From assembly GCF_000698785.1 (NCBI RefSeq), contig NZ_CP007536.1, positions 90,001 to 122,000 of the forward strand: a stretch of 32,000 nucleotides of DNA, in the 5' to 3' direction. The notes beneath the pieces were generated by a model. The model was not told the origin of the DNA and searched no databases. It saw only the letters and a list, made by a program, of their open reading frames with translations. The stretch comes from Nitrososphaera viennensis EN76 (lineage in GTDB: Archaea; Thermoproteota; Nitrososphaeria; Nitrososphaerales; Nitrososphaeraceae). How positions within the stretch are numbered: the first letter of the stretch is position 1; each line of letters opens with the position of its first letter. The position numbers were made by a program, and so were the translations under genes. Positions 23,911 to 29,773 of this stretch are shown one piece after another.

Positions 23911-24025
23911 AATAATCGTGCGAGCATCTTTCAAGGCCATCATTGCCGGCATAGGCATTCTTGTTGCCTTTGGTATGTTCTACTGGAACGTGCTGATCGC
24001 AGGCGCGGCTCCGCCGTAAAGCCTG

Positions 24026-24403
24026 TCAAGCTGCAATCTTGGGCTTCTTTATCTCGCCGGCAAGCATCAGCTTCTTGACTTCATCTATGCTGAGGGCAAA
24101 GCCCACGTGTATGCACTCGTCGCTCTCGCAGCTCAGGCACTGCAGCACGCCATTTTTGATCTCCACTTCGATTATCCTCTGCTTCTTGCTATCAAAGATT
24201 GCGATCTTGTTGTCGTACAGCCCGAACTTTGAAAGGCGGGGCATCTTCTTTGCCCACTCTTTGTGAAGCTGTATCAGGTATTCCAGGAACACATTTAGCC
24301 CGACGTCCATCTTTGACGACGTGGAAAGCTTCTGCCTCTCCTGCATTATCTCTTCAAAGACTTTCTCGCTTACTGTTAATGACTTCTGTCCTGTTCGTGG
24401 CAT
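24026..24403 (-). CDS. RHH-like N-terminus plus SWIM-like zinc knuckle protein
   Basis: N-terminal 'KSLTVSEKVFEEIMQERQKL...GLNVFLEYLIQLH' follows the RHH pattern. 'LQCLSCESDECIHVGFA' fits C-x2-C-x4-C-x-H (nt 24107-24139). TTTAAATA on the minus strand lies 26-33 nt upstream of the ATG. Confidence 0.7.
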   Translation of the reverse strand: MPRTGQKSLTVSEKVFEEIMQERQKLSTSSKMDVGLNVFLEYLIQLHKEWAKKMPRLSKFGLYDNKIAIFDSKKQRIIEVEIKNGVLQCLSCESDECIHVGFALSIDEVKKLMLAGEIKKPKIAA

Positions 24404-24570
24404 CCACTTAACTATGAACAGTGCACAATATTTAAATTGAACGGTTACCTTTCTAGTGAATATTGTTCTATTTTTGCTCGTTTTGGTAACTAATAGTAAC
24501 CGTGCACATACGTGTTAGGACACCGTGTATTTATATAGCTGGGCACCATTAACAGTATTGGAGATGCACT
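24404..24570. promoter_or_regulatory. Divergent promoter region of the integrase operon and the 24026-24403 gene, with a repeated GTAACCGT motif
   Basis: TTTATATA (24530-24537) lies 34 nt upstream of GTG 24571. The minus-strand TATA is at 24429-24436. The motif occurs as ACGGTTAC at 24441-24448 (inverted), GGTAAC at 24485-24490 and GTAACCGTG at 24496-24504, and again at 24595-24603 inside the small ORF. Confidence 0.5.
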
Positions 24571-24744
24571 GTGCCAAGATATAACCAGAAGTCGGTAACC
24601 GTGTCGATCAGCCTGAAGAACAAGATAAAGGAGTACATGAAGGACTATGGCTTTCACAGCCAGCCGCAGGCAATTGAAGATGCACTGACTCTGGCAAGAG
24701 GGGTTAGGGCTGTCGTGACGAAAAAGGAGGCCGCGGTTGAATGA
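24571..24744 (+). CDS. 57-aa ribbon-helix-helix protein (absent from the ORF track), translationally coupled to the integrase; possible excisionase or regulator
   Basis: My translation from GTG 24571 is 'VPRYNQKSVTVSISLKNKIKEYMKDYGFHSQPQAIEDALTLARGVRAVVTKKEAAVE*', which follows the RHH pattern. The stop TGA at 24742-24744 overlaps the integrase ATG 24741 (ATGA). Confidence 0.6.
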   Translation: MPRYNQKSVTVSISLKNKIKEYMKDYGFHSQPQAIEDALTLARGVRAVVTKKEAAVE

Positions 24745-26150
24745 TGGTACAGTCTGATGCAGTATCTGAAAAGGCCGGCAACATTCAGAAGTTCGACCAT
24801 CCGAGGATTGAAAGAAAGAAGAGCCGCCTTCGCGTCAAAGGCATCAAAGTCAGCGACAAGGACAAGATCAGAGAGGCAATAATGATCAGCGTCCAGAAGG
24901 GCAACTACACCACGCGCGAGATCGGGCTTGACATAGGCAAGGACTACAGCACAGTTTCAAGGTATCTCTCAGAGATGGAAGGAGATACAAGGTGGGGAAT
25001 AAAGCGCGATGCAAACGGCAGCATCGTAATGTCGCTGCAGCAACAGCTAGCCCACGAATACGCCAAGCTGCAGAACGAGAAATTCTCGCAGCTTCCGTCC
25101 ATACAGAAGTGGATAACGTACTTAAAGTCAGCTGGCATACCCGCAAGGCGTATCCAGTATATGTTAAACATCATTCATGGGATCGCGGATCAGCTGCTGG
25201 TGATGCCGGAGACCTTAGTCAGCTACGGAGTACCCATCGACACTGCAAAGAGGAAAGAGATAGCCATAGAGTACTGGCAGAATTTTCTTGCATGGTTCAA
25301 TACCGCGTACCCGCAGATGCAAAAGACAAACACCATCAACGCTTATCGAAGCTTTCTGTCTTCCCACAGCGTTAACTTTGCTCACGGCGAAGGCAAGAGA
25401 TACGGACTCTCAACAACGCCGGAGAGGCTTGGGGAGTACAAGGAAATCATGCTCACGCCTGAGCAGATTGCCATCATAAACAAGCGTCTTGAGAATGAGG
25501 GCGACTGGGAATCCTGGTCGTTTATGAACATCGATCTACACAGTGGAGCTAGAGCATTTGCTATGGCGTCCATGAGCTGGGATAGAATAGTGATGTCTCC
25601 TGCCTTCAGGGTAGAGCAGTTTGAACCCAAGATCAAAAAAGGTGCATGGTACCTTACAAAGGAAGGCAAGTGGTGGGTCAAGTACCCGACTGAGGAGTGC
25701 AGAGCGGTAGTCGAGACCGCTTATGACAGGTTACCAAAAAGGGATTTTGTGTTCTTTGATGATTCGGGAAGTGACAAGGCTAACTGTCTGCAGGTTAGCT
25801 ATTTCATGCACACGATGGCAGTCAAGTTCAAGAAGATATTCTTGGATCTTAACAAAACAAGCTGGCTCAACGAAAAGACTAGGATCTATGCGCTAGGCGA
25901 TGGGTTGTACTTTAACGGTCATCCATTACACCTGTTCAGGCATACGATGGCTCAATATTACCTGGCGGCTACAAACTGGTCTCTTGCTTACGTGGCAAGC
26001 TTAGGCGGATGGGAAAACACGGAAGTACTGAACAAATGCTATGGCGGAATACCCGAGCATATCAAGGTGCAAGTAGCAAAGTCTATACACGTCAGGTTTG
26101 ATAGCATACGTCTCAATGCCTCAATAGCCAACATTGACAGACATTTTTAG
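24741..26150 (+). CDS. Tyrosine recombinase/integrase (intact) with an N-terminal HTH region
   Basis: C-terminal catalytic motifs are present: 'HSGARAFAMASMSWDRI' (box I Arg), 'HLFRHTMAQYYL' (H-x-x-R-H) and 'LGGWENTEVLNKCYGG' (W...Y nucleophile region). N-terminal HTH: 'TTREIGLDIGKDYSTVSRYLSEME'. Confidence 0.9.
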   Translation: MMVQSDAVSEKAGNIQKFDHPRIERKKSRLRVKGIKVSDKDKIREAIMISVQKGNYTTREIGLDIGKDYSTVSRYLSEMEGDTRWGIKRDANGSIVMSLQQQLAHEYAKLQNEKFSQLPSIQKWITYLKSAGIPARRIQYMLNIIHGIADQLLVMPETLVSYGVPIDTAKRKEIAIEYWQNFLAWFNTAYPQMQKTNTINAYRSFLSSHSVNFAHGEGKRYGLSTTPERLGEYKEIMLTPEQIAIINKRLENEGDWESWSFMNIDLHSGARAFAMASMSWDRIVMSPAFRVEQFEPKIKKGAWYLTKEGKWWVKYPTEECRAVVETAYDRLPKRDFVFFDDSGSDKANCLQVSYFMHTMAVKFKKIFLDLNKTSWLNEKTRIYALGDGLYFNGHPLHLFRHTMAQYYLAATNWSLAYVASLGGWENTEVLNKCYGGIPEHIKVQVAKSIHVRFDSIRLNASIANIDRHF

Positions 26151-26202
26151 CTTGTAAGATATTGCACTTGTTCTAGCCATGATATCAACAGACCTGTGAG
26201 GT

Positions 26203-26343
26203 CTATGACTTACGATAATATTGTATCAGGTGCTTGATAACGTCATCCATGGATCTTCGTTTGCCGTCTTTTGCCGCGAGTTCTGCCCCGATTTTTACAA
26301 CAGCTTTCTTCGTTTCCTCACTTATTCGCATGGACGTTACCAT
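26203..26343 (-). CDS. 46-aa ribbon-helix-helix protein (absent from the ORF track)
   Basis: My reverse-strand translation is 'MVTSMRISEETKKAVVKIGAELAAKDGKRRSMDDVIKHLIQYYRKS*', which follows the RHH pattern. The gene is convergent with the integrase and divergent from the methyltransferase across the AT-rich inverted-repeat region. Confidence 0.55.
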   Translation of the reverse strand: MVTSMRISEETKKAVVKIGAELAAKDGKRRSMDDVIKHLIQYYRKS

Positions 26344-26384
26344 CGGCGATCTATGAAAATAGAATAGATGTTCTGTCTCTTAAA

Positions 26385-26452
26385 CATATATGACATATAC
26401 ATAATATGCACAATGTACATATACTACATATGCATGATATATGTCATATATG
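26385..26452. repeat. AT-rich alternating purine-pyrimidine inverted-repeat structure
   Basis: A perfect 15-bp inverted repeat pairs CATATATGACATATA (26385-26399) with TATATGTCATATATG (26438-26452). The 38-nt spacer contains the palindrome ATGTACAT (26413-26420) and the direct repeat ATATGCA (26404-26410, 26428-26434). Confidence 0.85.
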
Positions 26453-26599
26453 AAAGTGCAGGGTTTTCATGCGGAAGGAAGCTATATTGATTGTGGTACA
26501 GCTCGGGTATATCTACATCCCACCGCCGTCGAGCGCGCTTATTCGGCGCGCCGGGGTTCGACCTTCTACATAAACGATATATTGAACCTGCGGGGTGTT

Positions 26600-26611
26600 G
26601 CAACTAGTTGC
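26600..26611. promoter_or_regulatory. Perfect 12-bp palindrome GCAACTAGTTGC spanning the in-frame TAG and the TTG start of the methyltransferase (possible operator)
   Basis: The palindrome was read directly. It is flanked by GGGG (26592-26595) and CCCC (26611-14). An A/T-rich 'CGATATATTG' lies about 30 nt upstream. Confidence 0.35.
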
Positions 26612-27756
26612 CCCTGACTGCAATCTCACTGTTTTCTGGGGCCATGGGCCTCGATCTTGGATTTGAAAAGGCGGGATTCGATATTAGGGTCGCTTGCGAA
26701 TTAAGGGAAGAGGTCTGCAAAACCATATCCTTGAACAGGCCTGCCCTGCAGGTACTGCCGGGAGATATAGCAAAACACAGTACAACTGATATCCTGAAAA
26801 GAGCCCGCCTTAGAGTGGGCGAAGCCACCGCCGTGATTGGCGGTCCAGCATGTCAACCTTTTTCTACCGCTGGCGGCAGGCAGTCGTTTAATGAAAAGAG
26901 GGGAGAGGTACTCTTTGAATATATCAGGATAGTTAACGAGGCCAAGCCACAGTTCTTTATCTTCGAAAATGTTAAGGGCCTGACCAGTGCCGCACTTAAG
27001 CATATTTCATTCTACGAGCGCGTCAAGAAGAAAGAACATGAGTTACATGAAGAATACCGACTAGGTACTGCGTATCAGTATATGATGGAAAAGCTCAAAG
27101 GAACCGGCTATAAGATACACTCAAAGATACTCAACGCTGCAGACTATGGTGCCCCTCAGAAAAGATTACGGCTCATAATTATAGGATCCCGCGATGGCGT
27201 CGACGTCGATTTCCCAGAGCCTACACACGCTGCACCTGATTCAGAAGATGTTGTAAGTGGCAGAAAACAGCGATGGGTCACATTACGAGAGGCACTAAAA
27301 GGTTTGAAAGAAAATGAGCAAGAGTATGTGAAATTCCCGTCATGGGGCAGGTATATGAAGTATATCAAACCTGGCGGCGACTGGCGTGATCTGCCCGCGA
27401 GGATCCAAAGGAGAGCAATGAAAGAATCATATTTTTCACAAGGAGGTAGAACGGGATACTTTAGACGACTCAGTTGGGACAAGCCTAGCCCGACACTGGT
27501 GACATTGCCGATATTCAAGAGCACGTGCCTGGCACACCCCAAATCCAATAGGCCACTGAGTGTCCAAGAATATTCCCGATTACAGGGTTTCCCGGATGAA
27601 TGGAAATTCTATGGCACAGTAAAGCAACGCTATAGGATGATAGGCGAAGCTGTGCCGGTCCCGCTTGCCTATGCGGTAGCACTAGCGGTCAGGAATAAAT
27701 CAACTGAATTGTTGGGAATTGAGGAAGGAAATAGACAAAGAAAAAGAAATAGTTAA
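26608..27756 (+). CDS. DNA (cytosine-5)-methyltransferase, M.HaeIII-like family
   Basis: Motif I 'ISLFSGAMGLDLGF'. Motif IV 'GGPACQPFSTAG' (catalytic PCQ). Motif VI 'ENVKGL'. Motif VIII 'QKRLRLIIIG'. Motif IX 'RRLSWDKPSPTL'. Motif X 'GEAVPVPLAYAVA'. The TTG start is forced by an in-frame TAG at 26605-26607. Confidence 0.95.
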   Translation: MPLTAISLFSGAMGLDLGFEKAGFDIRVACELREEVCKTISLNRPALQVLPGDIAKHSTTDILKRARLRVGEATAVIGGPACQPFSTAGGRQSFNEKRGEVLFEYIRIVNEAKPQFFIFENVKGLTSAALKHISFYERVKKKEHELHEEYRLGTAYQYMMEKLKGTGYKIHSKILNAADYGAPQKRLRLIIIGSRDGVDVDFPEPTHAAPDSEDVVSGRKQRWVTLREALKGLKENEQEYVKFPSWGRYMKYIKPGGDWRDLPARIQRRAMKESYFSQGGRTGYFRRLSWDKPSPTLVTLPIFKSTCLAHPKSNRPLSVQEYSRLQGFPDEWKFYGTVKQRYRMIGEAVPVPLAYAVALAVRNKSTELLGIEEGNRQRKRNS

Positions 27757-28390
27757 CACAGTTCTGCATTGGAGCAGAAGAAATATCCGGGATTTTCCTT
27801 GGCGCAATGGTTTCTCTCCGTACAGGGTACTTATCGCGGAGCTTCTTCTAAGGCGCACGACGGCTCAAGCAGTACAGCGCGTTTACGATGAATTTATAGA
27901 GACCTATCCCGACCTCCAGCATCTTTCGAAGGCATCTATCGGGGAACTTGAAGACCGTCTTAAAACACTAGGATACCATAGACTAAGGGCAATATTGATC
28001 AGGGAAGTCGTCTCTGAAATGCTATCCAAATACAAGGGGATCCCAGACACACTAGAGGAATTATTATCGATCAAGCATATTGGCCTATACACAGCAGCCG
28101 CTATCATATCACTAGGCTACAATAAGCCATTACCTATGGTCGACACTAATGTACTACGGATATTGGGAAGAGTATATGGTCGGTCGATGACACAACAACA
28201 GGCCTTTGAGCTTTTGAAAGGAAAACTACCAGTTGACTCCAGACGGTTTAATTTATCTCTGCTCGACTTTGGAGCGCTTGTATGCAGGTATAAGAATCCG
28301 TTGTGTCATGTTTGTCCACTAAATGACTCATGTACATATTACCAAATCAAGGTAAAAAATACGAAGTATAGGGAGCAGGGGCCTAGCTAG
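27719..28390 (+). CDS. HhH-GPD / Nth-MutY-family DNA glycosylase with a 4Fe-4S cluster loop (Mig-type T:G mismatch glycosylase candidate)
   Basis: 'FPWRNGFSPYRVLIAELLLRRTTAQAV' is a MutY/Nth-like N-terminus. HhH 'LLSIKHIGLYTAAAII'. Catalytic-Asp region 'VDTNVLRILGRV'. 'CRYKNPLCHVCPLNDSC' fits C-x6-C-x2-C-x5-C. The gene overlaps the MTase 3' end by 38 nt and has a TTG start. Confidence 0.85.
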   Translation: MRKEIDKEKEIVNTVLHWSRRNIRDFPWRNGFSPYRVLIAELLLRRTTAQAVQRVYDEFIETYPDLQHLSKASIGELEDRLKTLGYHRLRAILIREVVSEMLSKYKGIPDTLEELLSIKHIGLYTAAAIISLGYNKPLPMVDTNVLRILGRVYGRSMTQQQAFELLKGKLPVDSRRFNLSLLDFGALVCRYKNPLCHVCPLNDSCTYYQIKVKNTKYREQGPS

Positions 28391-28416
28391 CAAACATATT
28401 TGCAGAAAGACAATTA

Positions 28417-29772
28417 TCATTTTGGAGTCCCTGATTGTTTAAGGGCCTTTTCAACAATAAACACTCTTTGAGGATCTGCTTTTGCAATCCCTGTCTTCAC
28501 TTCATTTAACCATCGTCTTAGAGATTCGGTTCGTTCCGTGGTGTTGATGATGCTAGGCACAAACGCTCTTTCGCTGTTGTAATATTTTATGACACAGTCC
28601 ATAAGAAACTCAAGATCTGAAGGAGTAATTAGTGGCCAGTACTGGATCACAACCTTTTCCATGTCGGAACTGTTCAGGCCTGTTTTATGCTGCAACATTT
28701 GTAAGAGCTCCGATAGCTTCGAAGGGTCTGACAATACATCAAGAGCGACATAGATTGTACCTCCCTCAGTATGACTCCTCTTCCTTTCTACAAAGTATAG
28801 TTTCGCGGAACCTTTGCTGCCGCTGATTACTACGTGATCCTGCTGCTCGTTTGTATGGCCCCCCATCTCCTTAAGCATCAGCAGCAAGGAATGCAAACGA
28901 CTGTTAAACACATCATCTTTTTTCAGTTCTCCTATAGTCACTACGGGTGTTCCATGTAACTTGTCCTTATCGCCTGGGAGTTTGACTACTTCAGAAGACT
29001 CTACTAGCTCCGTCCTTATCCATGATAGAACCTCCTTGACAAGTTCAAAGTCATCTATTTCAAATGCTAGTGTATCTTTTATGTGGCCCTCGTCTGGCTT
29101 AAACCGGACGAGCGTGTTGAAAATAAGGTCAGGTATGTTCTTGAGGTAAGTCCTCTGTATTATCGCTACACCCTTGTCCTTGAAAGGTATCCAATAAGCC
29201 TGCGACGACTCAAACATCCTACCTATGATATCATATGCCGCTACCTTACGAACTCTCATGACGCTAGGCTTATTGTCGCGAGAAGTGAAGACTACAAAGT
29301 AGCTGTCTCCCCGTTTATTGCTACATTTCAACACTGACCGGTTTTTTGTATTAGCGCCGATCCCTCCTTCCCTTTTGTAGGTATAGAGGTGCGCCCATAC
29401 CCTCTTCTCTGGATCGAACTGAAACCACGAGCCGTAGAAAGGGAGGTTTATGAAAACAGGGTGGCCCACAGTCCTAATACTTTGGCCATATCGCGATTTT
29501 AGAATCACTACGTGATCCTCGAGCGTGTGGATTGTAACACCGATATCCCTAAGCTCTCGCACGATACTTTTACGCTGCGCCGACACCACCGCAAAACCCC
29601 AGAACCTACCGATCGCTCCGAACTGGACATCAGATCTCAGCAGTATCCTTTCTATTAGTTGCTTTTTGAGTGATGGCATATCTTTGACTTGAACGAAACA
29701 ATTACGAATCATCTCACAGAGGTCAGGCTTACCATGGGCAAAACAATCTTCACAGCTCGCAAGTGGATCCAA
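28417..29772 (-). CDS. Uncharacterised 451-aa protein: N-terminal Cys cluster, internal duplication; no recognised catalytic motif
   Basis: 'CEDCFAHGKPDLCEMIRNC' fits C-x2-C-x8-C-x5-C (nt 29698-29754). The motif '(D/E)(I/M)G-x7-(E/Q)DHVVI-x2-S-x2-G' occurs twice, with DHVVI at nt 29503-29517 and 28825-28839 and a 13-nt identical core ACTACGTGATCCT. The TTG start lies 1 nt after the upstream gene's stop. Confidence 0.75.
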   Translation of the reverse strand: MDPLASCEDCFAHGKPDLCEMIRNCFVQVKDMPSLKKQLIERILLRSDVQFGAIGRFWGFAVVSAQRKSIVRELRDIGVTIHTLEDHVVILKSRYGQSIRTVGHPVFINLPFYGSWFQFDPEKRVWAHLYTYKREGGIGANTKNRSVLKCSNKRGDSYFVVFTSRDNKPSVMRVRKVAAYDIIGRMFESSQAYWIPFKDKGVAIIQRTYLKNIPDLIFNTLVRFKPDEGHIKDTLAFEIDDFELVKEVLSWIRTELVESSEVVKLPGDKDKLHGTPVVTIGELKKDDVFNSRLHSLLLMLKEMGGHTNEQQDHVVISGSKGSAKLYFVERKRSHTEGGTIYVALDVLSDPSKLSELLQMLQHKTGLNSSDMEKVVIQYWPLITPSDLEFLMDCVIKYYNSERAFVPSIINTTERTESLRRWLNEVKTGIAKADPQRVFIVEKALKQSGTPK

Positions 29773-29773
29773 G

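Larger units (their letters stand above)
13141..26535. mobile_element. Candidate ~13.4 kb integrated element (cryptic element or provirus-like) bounded by imperfect direct repeats; boundaries tentative
   Basis: GC content drops by eye after ~13.0 kb. A tyrosine integrase (24741-26150) lies near the right end. GGTATATCTA plus a gapped ~70% similar ~20-nt extension occurs at 13141-13170 and 26506-26535. A second collinear shared 10-mer, TTTTCATGCG, occurs at 12998 and 26464. The gene content is MGE-typical: RHH regulators, a C2H2 zinc finger, a P-loop ATPase and overlapping short genes. Confidence 0.5.

Noticed and set aside
23918-24019. 33-aa hydrophobic ORF (GTG start, 'VRASFKAIIAGIGILVAFGMFYWNVLIAGAAPP') after the secretome cassette terminator
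   Set aside because: It is too short, has a non-ATG start and has no supporting promoter or conservation evidence. It may be a real small membrane peptide, but I cannot support it from sequence alone.
22321-24447. Shared 10-mer TGAACGGTTA at 22321-22330 and 24438-24447 as a possible repeat or regulatory motif
   Set aside because: By my estimate, hundreds of shared 10-mers are expected by chance across a 32 kb window. Neither position nor context supports significance.
24886-25681. Short ORFs on both strands inside the integrase gene (24886-25146, 24944-25174, 24992-25375, 25288-25479, 25382-25681)
   Set aside because: They are embedded in an ORF that has complete tyrosine-recombinase motifs, and nothing independently supports them.
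26516-26566. GC-rich patch with a 6-bp GCGCGC hairpin and 'GGGGTTCGACC', considered as a tRNA gene or tRNA 3' fragment (classic integration target)
   Set aside because: No full cloverleaf can be drawn. The would-be anticodon loop TTATTCG has a pyrimidine at position 37. The T-stem would need three G-U pairs and a mismatch, and no acceptor or D arm fits. At most it is a degenerate remnant.
13025-26611. GTTGCAtAACTcGTTGC (13025-13041) versus GTTGCAACTAGTTGC (26597-26611) as the att core
   Set aside because: It is out of order relative to the two collinear shared 10-mers, and it is short and palindromic in nature. The right copy is better explained as an operator at the MTase start, and the left copy as a local inverted/direct repeat (TATGCAAC/GTTGCATA x2) after the kinase gene.
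28741-28803. 'KLYFVERKRSHTEGGTIYVALD' in the 451-aa protein as a GIY-YIG nuclease motif
   Set aside because: Both glycines are replaced. The Tyr-Tyr spacing of 14 residues is longer than the usual 9-11. The conserved downstream Arg/Glu/Asn are not evident.
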